Positions 1-12,200 of a DNA stretch of 64,000 nucleotides are shown here, one piece after another; within the stretch, counting starts at the first letter, position 1; each line of letters begins with the position of its first letter. The translations under genes were made by a program, and so were the position numbers. The stretch is taken from contig LSRY02000011.1 in NCBI GenBank assembly GCA_001643675.2, positions 1,116,001 through 1,180,000 of the forward strand. The letters run 5' to 3'. The notes below the pieces were generated by a model, which had not been told where the DNA came from, made no database searches, and saw only the letters and a program-made list of their open reading frames with translations. The DNA is from Monocercomonoides exilis PA203. Its lineage: Eukaryota > Protista > Preaxostyla.

Positions 1-360
1 TCTGAATCTGTAAAAACTGTATTTTCCTGTTCTCTTCAATTTTTGAAACATCTTCCTTAAAATGTTGATACTCCAATTGAATTTTTGTGCATTCATTTTC
101 CTTGCTTATTAAAAACTCTGCAAGTTTTTCTTTTTCCATTTTCATTTTTCTCTTAAATTCTGAAGTTTCTGAGTCTTTCTCAGCTAACAAAATTAATGCA
201 CTTTGCACTTCCTTCTCTTTTTCATTCAAGCCAAAGTGAAAAGTTCCAAATAGTTCTTCAAGATTTCCTTCAAGATGCTGAATCGTTTTATCATCTCCAA
301 CTTCTTTTGTTTTATTTGTAATTCTTTGTTTTGCGATTCTATTTGTAAGTGATGAAAATT
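1..360 (-). CDS. Partial exon of a coiled-coil-like hypothetical protein that runs off the window start
   Basis: Open minus-strand frame (EVGDDKTIQHLEGNLEELFGTFHFGLNEKEKEVQSALILLAEKDSETSEFKRKMKMEKEKLAEFL...) reaching base 1; intron-like AT-rich sequence near 362-425; possible ATG at 462. Confidence 0.5.
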
Positions 361-665
361 CTATTAAATGTCATTTAAAATAAACAACGTTCGAATCCTT
401 GAACATTAAGAAAGAAACAATAATACTTAAAATCGCAAACGTTGAAAAATGTTGTCGCTCATAAGTCAAATAAGCAATGTTATGCTTCTTCCTAATATTT
501 ATTCCAACACTTAACTTGATGTTCTCTTTGATTAGAAAAAAACTCTGCAAAAAAAGGATAATTAAAATGAATTGAAATAAAAAATTTTATGGTTAATAAT
601 TATTTAATTTGCTTGATTTTTTTGGCCAGCAGTTTTACAATCATTTAATTTTTAAGCAAGCAGAA

Positions 666-3600
666 ATGAAAAAATGCATGTGGAGATGTACAAAGCAGAA
701 ATGGTTCCACATATATCCTTATCTGGTAGAAAAACTTGAAAACTCATTATTTGTCTCTATAAATTTAGAAATGCCCGGAAAATGGAATGTAAATAGTGAC
801 ATGCAATCAAAAACTTATGAATCAAAATATAAGGAATATTGTGAATTTATCAAAACATCAAGTCTATTTGGCATTGGAATTTCTATATGGACAAAAACAA
901 CTTTACAAACGCTTCATTCAAAGGAAAATTTCGACGTTTTAAATGTATTTTTACCTTGTATTAATATTGATGCATTTAATGTTACTCCAGATGAAATTAT
1001 ATGCTGCATAAAAAATGGACTTCAACTGGAAGATATTCTACTTCATGGAATTCCATATCAGCCTTGTGGTGGATGCGTTGAAGCTCCTGCTGCAAATGAC
1101 CTACCACAAGATAGTAATGTTGAATCATTTTTTCGAGCGTTATCAATTCTGAAAGTGCCGATCATTCTTAAAGATGCATTTTTTTCTTCGATGGTGCTGT
1201 TTCATTCATTTGTTGCTCCTTTACCAGAAAAATTGCCTGAATTTTGCAAGCTGTTTGAGAACGTGCATCCTGAAATTTACGATATTGAAGAGCTTCTTTT
1301 TGCAAGCAAATTTACAGAATGGAAATTTTCTGAAGATAATACCAATAAATTTCTTGATCGTGTATTTTTTCATTGCCTTTGGGATAACTGCTTACGATTT
1401 ATCAAAAGCAATATTAAGCACAGCGAGGGTGATTGTTCACAAGTGAAATCTGCGCCACCTTTTGACTGGAGATTAGAGGAAGAGATTTTGAAAGACGAGG
1501 AATATTCGTTTGCAGATTCTAGAAAATTTCTTAGTGCTTCAAAGATGTCCCCGTTTCTTCTTCAAATTGAAAGTCGAAGAATACTACGAATGATGATGAT
1601 GAGTTCTGAGAGCGAAAGCGGGTTTCAAAATATTAAGAACGACAAACAAAATGATTCCGCATTATTGCACTCGCATGATGAAAATAAGAATATTTCATTT
1701 ATGGCACTTTTATGGGGCAAAAACAAACAAAAAACTGAAGAAACGCAAAGAATTGAAGCATCGCTTTTAAATGAATACGAAAGCTCTTTTCCAGCAAAGT
1801 CATTAGTTAAGGAGTATTTGGAACAAAGTCATACTGAAGAAGAAGACGTGTTTTTTGAAAGGTTTGACGATGACAGCATGAGCGAAGAGAAAGAAGAAGA
1901 TTACGATAGCAATAATGAACAATGCCAAAAAAATGAACAAAAAGCAGAAACGAAACACGAAGTGATAGAAAAGTCTAATAAGCATAAAAAAGACAACCAA
2001 AGCGATAATGAAACATCCGAAGAACAATCGCTTTTTTTGGATAGTTCGAAGCAGGCTGTAGATGAAGAAGCTTCAGAAGAATCAAATAAAGTATGCCCTT
2101 CTGAAGAAAATGAAGAAGTTTCAGAAAATAGTGAATCAGAGAAAGACTTTGAAGAGGATTATGAAAATGATTCTTCTCAATCAAGCAAAAAAGAAACATT
2201 ATTTCACGACGCAGAATATGAGGCGTTTAAAATTGGATATATATTTCTGTGTCTTGCTCAGGGCCTTCTTTTTGCTGAAACGCACAGAGGATATCAACAA
2301 ATTGATCCTTCATTGAATGAACAACGTATTCCATTATCTGTAACAGAGGAAATGTTTCCGTGCCCTGCATTATTACAGAATCCATTTGAAGTGAAAAAAT
2401 ATCTCCTTCCGCATCATTCATCAATTCTCACTTGTGGAACAGCTCCAGGCAAAAATTATCCTTTTCTCATCACATACGCACAGAGAGCGAAAAGGGATGT
2501 TTTCGAATTGCTTAGAATCGAGTACAAAGAAGAATTACCTTCTTCATGCGAAAACGTGAACGAAACAGTTGACATGGATGTCGATGTTGCTGATCCTGAA
2601 CCCCAAAAAACAGAAGAACAAAAAGAGCCGCGAGCAATTGTCAATGAATGTAAATTAGATTCTGGTATTTATATCCCTCCGACATTTTCAAGTGCACCAT
2701 TTTCTCCATCATATTACCCAGTATCTGAAGCTACAAACTCTTTTTCTTTCGCCCAACCTTCATTTAACATGATGCAAACTTTAAATTGGCTGTTTCAACG
2801 TCGAATACGCGATCATTCGCTGTTTTTGAAAGTGATGCAGCAAAAAAAGGAAAAAGAAGCGCAAAATAAAAAACTTCTGAAGCAAACGAACTTCGAACAG
2901 CATTCTCCGGAAAAGTTAGAATTTTCTTCTGCAGCAGAGCAAGTGAAAGTTAACTGTCAACGTTCATCACAGCCTCACACCGCGCAAGCACCAGCGCTTT
3001 CTTCTACTGCTTCCCCATCGCACATTCGATCTCCAATCACATACTTATGTTTTCGACCCGTATTGCAAGATCTCATTGATGGCGTAACTCCGCCTCATAA
3101 AAGAAAGAAAGCAAGCGAGGCTACACTCCAGCCAGATAGTCAAAATACAGTTCAATCTAGATACATGACTGCAGCTGGATTCTATCCTTTTGCAAACGCT
3201 ATGATGCCCTTTCCTTGCTGTCCACCATTTTCACTTTTTCCGCAACGGAATGTCAATTCATTCCAACCTATCGATCCACTTCTGATGAACCCTGCAACTG
3301 CCGCATCGTTCAATTGCCAGCCATGGAACTTTTGCTCCACTTCAAATGTACCTTCTCTGCCACACATTCCTTTCGCTGGACAGAGTATAAATAATCCAAT
3401 GATGAAGTGTTCTACGCCTCAATCTCAATCTTTCAAGGGAATGCTTCCATCGTCTCCTTTTGTGTTTGTTCCACAACAACAGTCTTTTAACTCAACATTT
3501 TCGCAAAACTTTAATCCAGCATCAAAATCACCCAATGCTGGGTTTACTCAAAGTCTCCAAAATCCAATTTCATTTGCAAGCCCTCCATTTACTAACACTC

Positions 3601-3962
3601 AGCAACCTATTTTTACTCCACAGCCACCATCTTTTCCCCAGATGCCTTTGATGCAACAAAATTTTTCTGATTATGATCGAACTACTCCTCAAGTTAATCC
3701 TTATTTCACTCCATTTAATTCTATACCATATCAAAGTTTCCAGTATCCCCAAGATCAATCTTTTCTTCATACCGATACTCAAATGAAGCAAATGCCATCT
3801 TCAGGAGCTTTTCCATGTAATCTGCCATATTCCAAGCCATCAAATTTTCAATCATCAATCCAAAATAGTATGTTGTCTGATGCAACTCATCACAAACATA
3901 CAGAAGCTCATCGTCATGTAATTGAATTGGATTCTGATTCAACTAGTGATGAAGATCAATAA
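666..3962 (+). CDS. TOE1/PARN-like CAF1-family (DEDD) ribonuclease-fold protein, probably catalytically degenerate, with a long acidic and Pro/Gln/Phe-rich C-terminal region
   Basis: Blocks FVSINLEMPG, YESKYKEYCEFIKTSSLFGIGISIW, KNGLQLEDILLHGIPY, PIILKDAFFSSMVLFHSFVAPLPEKLPEF..HPEIYDIE and LFHDAEYEAFKIGYIF are collinear with CAF1/TOE1 motifs (AxDxExxG; HGFxFN..GIPY; HNxxxD..LP..L..F..YDTK; HxAxYDAxxTG). First ATG at 666. Confidence 0.7.
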   Translation: MKKCMWRCTKQKWFHIYPYLVEKLENSLFVSINLEMPGKWNVNSDMQSKTYESKYKEYCEFIKTSSLFGIGISIWTKTTLQTLHSKENFDVLNVFLPCINIDAFNVTPDEIICCIKNGLQLEDILLHGIPYQPCGGCVEAPAANDLPQDSNVESFFRALSILKVPIILKDAFFSSMVLFHSFVAPLPEKLPEFCKLFENVHPEIYDIEELLFASKFTEWKFSEDNTNKFLDRVFFHCLWDNCLRFIKSNIKHSEGDCSQVKSAPPFDWRLEEEILKDEEYSFADSRKFLSASKMSPFLLQIESRRILRMMMMSSESESGFQNIKNDKQNDSALLHSHDENKNISFMALLWGKNKQKTEETQRIEASLLNEYESSFPAKSLVKEYLEQSHTEEEDVFFERFDDDSMSEEKEEDYDSNNEQCQKNEQKAETKHEVIEKSNKHKKDNQSDNETSEEQSLFLDSSKQAVDEEASEESNKVCPSEENEEVSENSESEKDFEEDYENDSSQSSKKETLFHDAEYEAFKIGYIFLCLAQGLLFAETHRGYQQIDPSLNEQRIPLSVTEEMFPCPALLQNPFEVKKYLLPHHSSILTCGTAPGKNYPFLITYAQRAKRDVFELLRIEYKEELPSSCENVNETVDMDVDVADPEPQKTEEQKEPRAIVNECKLDSGIYIPPTFSSAPFSPSYYPVSEATNSFSFAQPSFNMMQTLNWLFQRRIRDHSLFLKVMQQKKEKEAQNKKLLKQTNFEQHSPEKLEFSSAAEQVKVNCQRSSQPHTAQAPALSSTASPSHIRSPITYLCFRPVLQDLIDGVTPPHKRKKASEATLQPDSQNTVQSRYMTAAGFYPFANAMMPFPCCPPFSLFPQRNVNSFQPIDPLLMNPATAASFNCQPWNFCSTSNVPSLPHIPFAGQSINNPMMKCSTPQSQSFKGMLPSSPFVFVPQQQSFNSTFSQNFNPASKSPNAGFTQSLQNPISFASPPFTNTQQPIFTPQPPSFPQMPLMQQNFSDYDRTTPQVNPYFTPFNSIPYQSFQYPQDQSFLHTDTQMKQMPSSGAFPCNLPYSKPSNFQSSIQNSMLSDATHHKHTEAHRHVIELDSDSTSDEDQ

Positions 3963-4436
3963 ATTCAATATTCACTTTCTTTTGATTAGTTTTTCATCTT
4001 CAATTGGATTATGTTCTCTGACTATTTCATATTGCTATTTTTGTTTTCTTTAACTTTTAATCAAAACTGAACACACGTAATATAAAGATGGAAAAGGGAT
4101 CACGCAAGTACTTTTGATGATGTAATTTCATATGATCGCAATTTTTAAATGAAAGAGTGAAAGATGGATATTATGATTCAAAATACAAATAATTGACATA
4201 ATCAAATTTTTGAATAGCAACCTATGGCAATTGAGAAAAAAAGATTTTTATTATTACGCATTTTTACAAATTTTTAACTCTTTCAGTTTTTATATGGAAT
4301 TGTGATAAAATAACAACAAAATGAGCTCAAAAGATAAAATGAAGAAAATTTTTGTGAGTTATATGTTTGTTTCGCTTATGTTTTTGTGTTTATTTCGAAA
4401 AATACACAGATGGTGCGAATATAATTTGGTTAAATA

Positions 4437-7064
4437 CAGTGGGTGCTTAGCCCGATCCAAGTGCAAAACCCGATCCGAAACAAAGAATAATAAGCAGTAT
4501 TTTCAAAATGAAAAAAGAATTTTAACTGGATATTTCAGGCTGCGCTCATTGTTTTATAATAATGAAACTCTCAGTCCATTAACGATGAGCTTGAATGTCA
4601 AAAACGATTCATTAACTGAAAACCAAAAACTTATGAAAGTTTCATATTTCAAAACAAAAAGCAAAAATAAAAAGTGTTTGTGCGTTTTTGAGTATTTTCA
4701 ATTTGTTATCAAGTTCATTAATCCGATTCATTTGCATTTTTTTGACTTTTCTTGCACCTTAAAAACTTATGTTTCTTTTTGATCAAATCCAAATGAATAA
4801 AAAAAGCATGGAATTAACTCCTTTACAGTTACATAGAAAACTTGCAGCAAGGAAATATAGAGCTTTTGAGTCACCTATAAAAAAAATATATGCTATAAAA
4901 CAAAATTTTCATGTTAAATGGCAAACTGCAGTTGAAGAAAAAGTTATATCGAAAGGTGCTTTGGTTTCGAGCAAAAAAGGCAGAAAAGGAATGAAGAGAA
5001 ATCGGACGCGATGGACACCCATTAATAATAACTGATAATCAGCTGGAAACAATTGAGAATAAAGTGTTGGCTCTTTTGTCGGAGCAAGCCACTGTTCGTG
5101 TCAGAGATATTCAATCGATGGTGTGTGATTGTTTTGTTTCAACTTTTCGAATCTATTATTACCTTTCAGTGCGTTGATTTGCTTGAAATAAGTTCAGATG
5201 CTGATCAGGAGCCGGAAAAAATCAACAAAAAGTATGCCAACAAACTGCTTAAAAGGAGTAGCGTTCTTCATGCGGCTGTTTCCAGACAAATGAAAATAAA
5301 GAAAATTGAAGCGCAATCACCCGACAAAGTGAGAGCTTGGTTCACTGAATTATCATCTCTCATTTCGGAGCATAATATCAGTTCTTCTGATATTTACAAT
5401 TTTGATGAATCATCTTTGTCAATTGGTGAAACAACTTCAAAACTTGTTGTTTGCCTCAAAAGACAAAATCCACCTGATCCTCCATTTCCTCCAAAAGTGA
5501 CTAATTCAACTTTGTGCATGTGTATTTGTGCTGATGGTTCATCATAACCTTGTTGTCTTCTTTGGACTTCGAAAGATCTTCCTTCAGAATTATCTTCTCT
5601 TTTTTATTTCAACATCCACTTTATTCCAGCTTCTTCTGGATGGATCACAAAAGATATATTTAAATCCGTCATGTTGAATAACTGGTTTCCTATTATCATC
5701 AATAAATCAAAACCATCTCCAACACACAAAGCTCTTCTGCTAATGGACAACCACCGAACACATTTCGATGAGGACATATCAAACATTGCAAAAGAAAAAT
5801 GAATTCTTCAAAAATTCTCCCCTCCAAACATGACGCATCTTCTACAACCATGCGATTCGTGTGTGTTTTCTCAGTTGAAAAATACTCTTTACAACAAGTT
5901 TTGTACACCTAACCCGTTTTCAATGAGCCGTTACAGATCTTCATTAGCAGAAGCACTTCCTGATGCAGTTGCAGCTGCATCAGCTCCATCAACCATTCGA
6001 TCCTCTTTCATCAAAACTGGTATTTTGCCTGTGATGGCAGCTCATGTGTTGGAAAGAATAGCAGGATCTCCCAAAACAGATAGCAACGCAGAATCTTCGT
6101 CGTGCGAAACAACTGCTCAATGGAAAGAAAAACTTTTTGGAGAATTTTCTCCGAAAAAGGAAACACGAAAAAATGAAAATCAACAAGAAACAAAATGCGA
6201 GTCTTCCATAAAAGAGCAATCTTCATCCATCGACACATCTTCTTCATCTTCTCAGCCGCAAGCAATTATGAAAGATTTGGACGGACATTTTGAAGATAAA
6301 AAACAACAAACAAAAAAAGCGTTTGATGAAAAAGAGGATAAAATAAATGATACATCGAGTCATATGCATAATCTTCAAGAGCAATTAGTACAAGCTAAAA
6401 TTACAAAAAATATGACAAAAGATAAAAAACGTTCACCAAAACATTCCAGAAAAGAATTTTGGAACCGAATAGAAGAAAACGAACAGAAACAGCTAGGAAA
6501 AAAGATTAGAAGGAGCAGAAAAAAGATCCGCATTCGCAATGATGATAACGAAGGCATTGCCAAAAAAGCTCACAAAGTTAAGGAAGAAAAATTCTTGAAG
6601 CCTCCGAGATTGCTTTCACCTGTTTGTTGCAAGAAAGAAAAGGAAATCAGAGAAAAATATTACGAAAAATTGATAATTTCGAAATAATATTTTCGAAAAA
6701 CGTTTATAACAATTTTCTAATGATGAGAGTTACTTTTGATAAACTTTTCTTTTCTGTTCTTTCTTTCATTCCATCTTTTCAAAGCATGAAAAAGAAACAG
6801 AAAGAACAACAGAGGAATCTTTCACGGATTTTTATTCAAAAAATTGAATTTCAAAAGGAAATTGCATCGGATTTGAAAATTTTACATAATTTGATTGAAG
6901 ACTTTTGAGATGCCATGAGTGTCAAGCTTTGCATGGGAAAGTCATTTCGCAAGAAATCAAACCAATCAATACCAAAAAAATGAAAGTTTCAGTCAAACGA
7001 GTGAATCAGAAAAGTTTAGAAAATGGATTGGGTTTTGCACTTAGATCGGGTTTAGCGCCAACTG
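4437..7064 (+). mobile_element. Pogo/Fot1-like (Tc1/mariner superfamily) DNA transposon, 2628 bp, defective copy
   Basis: 40-bp TIRs starting CAGT at 4437-4476 and 7025-7064 (34/40 identical), flanked by TA at 4435-4436 and 7065-7066; internal DDE transposase remnant. Confidence 0.92.
4808..6687 (+). pseudogene. DDE_1 (pogo-type, DD35D) transposase pseudogene
   Basis: IYNFDES, SGWITKDIF, LLLMDNHRTH and PPNMTHLLQPCDSCVFSQLK lie in one frame interrupted by TAA (5545-5547) and TGA (5800-5802). CENP-B-like HTH segment ITDNQLETIENKVLALLSEQATVRVRDIQSM is joined via a probable GT-AG intron 5121-5169; frameshift near 4980-5000. Confidence 0.88.
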
Positions 7065-7267
7065 TATTTCGAAAATGAAAAACACGATAAAACAATTCCA
7101 ATCAAACGAAAACAATGTTCTGTTTCAAATCCTGTTCATAATACAATAATCACGATAGTTAATCTCAAATGATGTTGGGAATTCTCAAATAAAATGAGCT
7201 TATTTGAATAATGCATTCCTCATTCAGATGAAGATAGGTTTGATTCGAATTAACTTTTATTATAATT

Positions 7268-7513
7268 ATTGGGTAATTCTTTTTGAAAAGTTGCAAATGA
7301 AAAATTTTCAAATAAATCAAAAATATCATAATTAAATCAAATTTATGTTCCCGCTCATGCAGCTTCACAGGAATGTGTTAAATAGCATTGTCAAATTATA
7401 TCTTCCACTTTCGTGAAGTTGCATGAGTCGGAACCGATTTTTGATTAAGATATGTAATTTTTTATTTATTTGAAAATTAAACATTTGCGACTTTTCAAAA
7501 AGAATTACCCAAT
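7268..7513. repeat. Imperfect fold-back inverted repeat (MITE-like)
   Basis: ATTGGGTAATTCTTTTTGAAAAGTTGCAAATG pairs with CATTTGCGACTTTTCAAAAAGAATTACCCAAT; inner GTTCCCGCTCATGCAGCTTCAC pairs with GTGAAGTTGCATGAGTCGGAAC. Confidence 0.8.
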
Positions 7514-7812
7514 TATAAACTATAATAACAGATATCACTTGATGGACAATTTTTGGAAAATATGTGTAATTATTTTTGAAATTATAACTTTTTTCGGAGT
7601 ATTGATTTTTAGAAGATTGTTTGTCAATGGGATGTGTTTTTGTATTCAGATGATAAAATTATAAAACTGTTTCAAAAACAAATGTGAAAGCTGAAATAAA
7701 GACGATGATCTCTTGAATATGCCTGTTCACTTTTCAGTGTTCATTTCCAAACATTCAAGGAAAATTTTCCAATCGAAAATTGTGAATGAAAAAATATGTT
7801 TTGATAAATAAT

Positions 7813-7846
<34 letters not shown>
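7813..7846. repeat. (CA)n(TA)n microsatellite
   Basis: Direct reading. Confidence 0.9.
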
Positions 7847-7847
<1 letters not shown>

Positions 7848-9240
7848 TTTATAAATGTGTGTCATTTTCGAAGTTGTCAACTTAATAGAAAAATTAAAAT
7901 CTGAGATTTTCTTTAAATGAGAGAAAGTTGAAAAGATAAAATAAAAAATTAAATTATTTATTTTATGTATTTGAAAAGAGAGAATAGGAAAATTTTTCAA
8001 GAAAAAAAGAAAATATCATTCAAAAAAATGTTTCTATCATGGAAATTGTGTCGTTGTGACCAAGTTCACAAAGCATTCTGAGAATTCAGATTTAACTTTC
8101 ATTTTGTTTTTTCAAAAACGAAAAAAAACAGAGTTTATGTTATTCAAATCTCATCTCTTTTCTCAATAAAAATTCCAGCCTGCTTTTGTCTTGTTTATTT
8201 GCTCACTCAGTAAAAAAACCACAGTTTTGAACATCATTGATTCCATAAAAAGCGACTGTATTGAAAAAAAAACAACAAGAATGATATCTCAACTGATTTT
8301 TCTTTTCAAAGAATAAAAAGTGGATGAAATGCTGCATTGGATGATTCAACAGAAAAAAAAAAAAATACAAAAAAGCAGAGTTATTCTTTTTGTCAAAGAA
8401 GAAGAAGAGAAAAGAAGAAGCGACAAACAACGAAGAATGTTTGTCAAAGATGATGAGCTCGAAGTGACTTTGCGCTTCTGTTTGAAGACATGAGGATGAA
8501 TCGAAACGGAGTTCTTCAATGTCTCAAGTCAATAATCTTTGCGCATTCCTTCAAAGAAACTTCATCAAATGGCATTGGTCGTATTTGTTTTTCATTCGCA
8601 TTTACAAAACGTGAGTGAATCTTCTTTTGAAAATGCTCTGTAACTCTTGAAGTCCTCATTGCAAACAGCGATGAACCCTGCTTTCATCATCATTGGAAAA
8701 ACATATAGATAAATTGGAAGGTATAACGCTTTTTGGCTGGCTTTTGTGATGATTTCTCTCAAGTCAAAAAGAAAAGAAATCCACAGCAAAATCATATGAC
8801 TTCCAGTGAAAACCGAAAATGGAGAATGACTTTCTGAAATGTTTCGAGATCATCATGTTTGTAGCTCGTGAATTCCGAAATGAGCGTTCAATTTGTTTCA
8901 AACAACATCCAAACAACAAAACACTTCATCGTTCCACATTCTGCATGCACTCAAAATGAATCACAAAATGAAACGCTTTCAAATGCACAACAAACAGTTT
9001 TTGGACAACAAATTCATTTTTGAGCGCTTTTTATTGATTGTCAAACAAATGCAAAGAATGAACAGAAATCAGGAAAACAATAACTGTGATTATATAAATG
9101 GATCAAAAGTTCTTAATTAAGGTTCATCGAATAAAATATGTTTTTTGCATAATGGCTTGTGTCATGCAATGATGGATGTTCAAGCATTGCCAAAAATCGT
9201 TTGATTGAAAAAACATTTGAAACCCATACTCACACTTAGA

Positions 9241-12200
9241 ATGAATTTGATGCTTGTGTTTGCGTTGATTGCGCTGTTGAACAGCTTTGAGACAGCTGAC
9301 AAACGCGAACACTCTGACTTGACATCGACTGAAGATGACCATTTTGTTCATATCAGGAAACAGGAATCGACTTACGAACATTCAAAGGAAACTCCGTTTG
9401 GAACTGCTCACAACAGACAAAAATCAAGAAATAGTCTTAAAGAAGATGAAACAATTTGTGAAGATTCTGCAGAAACGAAGATGATATTGAAGGAGAGTGA
9501 AAAGGGTTCAAAAGAGAAAAGAAGTGAACCAAACGATATGAATTGCCATTTGAAGAATGAGAAGAGTCAATTGAAGATCATTCGTGATTCGAAAAGTGTT
9601 TTTCACAATCCAAGATCCACTGTGATGACGATGGCCGATTTTGGAAATTCGAGTTGTGAGATGAAATATTTGATGTTCATCAAAGAAAAGAGAAGATCGA
9701 TGATTCTCATCAACAGCTTGTCCACCGTTCTTGTCCATTGTTGTTCAGTGCATGATCATGGAATGTCATATGGCAATTTGTTGAGGTTGAATGAAGGTCA
9801 TCTGATTTTGAGCAACATTTCTTATTGTGTCAATCAGTTTGCAGACATTTGTGAACCGCTTGTTGGCTGTGACGGAAAGGGTTTTGGACAAAAGAATAAG
9901 AATCTGAAAATGTTTGATTCTGATTTTTCTTCATTTGCTTTAGTGAGATCAATTTCTCTTTTGGCAAGCACAAACATAAGGGAAATAGCAGTTTGCACCT
10001 GCCATTTTGCAAACATCTCACAAAGTGCGAGAGGCCAAAGCAATCGATGTTCAATGGGCAATTCAGAAAATGAATATCGTTTCGAGGGATGTTTTGTGGA
10101 AAAAGTTGACTCGCCACTTGGAGGAGGACTGGTTGAAGGGATGCGTTCAAAATATAATCACTTTTTGGCTCTGAATTCGTCGTATTCGCAATGCGTTCGG
10201 AGAGAAAATGCAGATCCAGTGATTGGAAACAAAAGCATGGAGAGTCAAGTTGTGAACTCAGGTGATGCAACATTTGTGGATTGTGATTTCAACAACCTTT
10301 CAACTGAAAATTCTTCACGAACAAGTGGTGGAGCTATTCTCTTCACTTCTTCTGGACTCTTAAATGTCACCTTGTGTCGATTTCATTCATGCTACAGCAT
10401 TTATTGTGGTGGGGCAATTTCATCAAGACAAACCGGAAAATATTTCGTTATTATATCTTCTGTATTTGATTCTTGCACATGTGAAGCTTCTGGTGGATGC
10501 ATTGACCTTTTTTATGTTTCAACTTTTTATGTGAATTGTGTAAATTGTTCCAACAGTTCAATCAAACACACTGGAGGTGGGGTATTTATCCAGGAAAACG
10601 AACATCAGGGGCTTGTTGAAAAATGTAACTTTTGTTGTTGCAGAAAGAACACAACGCAATACAATGGAGGTGGAAGTATTGGCTTCCATAGTAATGTTGC
10701 TGCCATTTTCACTGATTGTTCAATTTGTTGCGGATACAGCGAAAGACATGGTGCAGGATTTGGATGGACCAATGGAACAGGAGTGAGTGACATTCAGGTT
10801 GTGTTTTGCTTCTTTTCAAACAACACAGCTGCAAATATTGGCCATGATGTTTATGCGCATGAAGGGTGTACAAACATCACTGAAAATTCTTTTGTGCTTT
10901 GCCGTTCAAACACAGCTGCAAATAGCAATCGAGTGGTGATTGGAACAACAGAACACGATGACTGGATTCCAAAAGTTTTCTTCAACCCAGTGTTTGTGAA
11001 CTCACAGGAGGGGTTGGATCACATGGCCTGTGGGTTTGTGAGAGCAGAGGACGGATATGGAAGGAGATGCAAAACAATCGAGTTTGGAATGAGTGTGCTG
11101 GATGGTGAAGGAAGCAGAAATGAAGTGATCATTGAGTCTGGGGATTATGAAGAAAACAAAATTGATGTTGGAAAAATGAGGATTGCATTTGAGGGGAAAG
11201 ACAAGGCACAAGTGGTTGTTCGCAACAGATCACCAAATGGAGAATCGTTGGTGGCCATTGGAGCTGGAGTGGGAAGTTTCAGAAAAATCACATTTGTTTG
11301 TGGAGAGAATCCATCGTCTCATCTGATGGAAGTGTTGGCAGAAAAAGGGATGTTGAAATTGGTTGAGTGTGTGATCACTTCATTGAAAAACGATGAAAGC
11401 TGTGTTTTAACAGCATCGCTGATGATTGTCCAAAAGGGGTCTGTCAGTTTTGATTCTGTTGAGATCAATGGAATATCATTTTCATCTGTTCCAGCATTCG
11501 ACATCAGAGGTGAATGCTCATTGTCTTTCCAGATGAACAATGTTGATGCATATGGCATTTCTCGAGCGAGTGGAGAAGGGACTGTGATTAGTGGGAATCT
11601 GGTGAATGGGATGAATGTGAATATTTCAGGGGGAATGATGAGGAACTGCGGTTGTGAGGATGGGTGTGGAGGAGGGATGTGGATTCAACTGGATGAAGGC
11701 TCACAGATTGAGATCGGGAATGTCTCAAGTGAGTGTGCTGATGAGAATATGGAATGTGTGACATTCAGCAGTTGCAGCTGTGTGGGGAAGGGAAATGGAG
11801 TTGGAGGATATGGTGGAGCTCTTTATCTGGATGTTGTTGATGAGAGTTGTGCTTTTTGCATCCATTGTGCTCGTTTTGAGGATTGCCAGGCAGAAAAAGG
11901 GAACAACATATTTGTGAATGGAAAGTGTCTGAGAGATGTTGTGAGTCGCATCACATTTGGCTTTGAGCATGAGGGCATGACGGACAGAGACTTGTTGGGA
12001 TTTGAGGATGGGTGCAGAGAGGAGTGTGTGCCACTTCTTCCATATTTGATGGAAGCAGGAGATGTTGGATTTGTGGGAGGAGAGAAAAGCATGGACTTCA
12101 GCAGATGTGGATTGGAGCAGTATCCGTGCTCATCGATCAAGAGAGTGGTTGAGTTGTGGTATGGGGCTGTGCCACGAACAATCCGAATCAAAAATGGATT

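Noticed and set aside
385-400. GTTCGAATCC T-arm/B-box motif suggesting a tRNA
   Set aside because: No acceptor, D or anticodon stems in the AT-rich context.
4321-4782. 153-aa ORF
   Set aside because: Spans the transposon left end and subterminal DNA with non-coding-like composition.
5545-5802. In-frame TAA in the transposase as evidence of TAA/TAG=Gln recoding known from some oxymonads
   Set aside because: The same frame also has TGA and a frameshift, and intact genes here (RPB6, transcarboxylase, P-loop) end in TAA.
8440-8900. Possible minus-strand gene remnant upstream of the giant receptor
   Set aside because: Short frames with stops and no recognisable motif.
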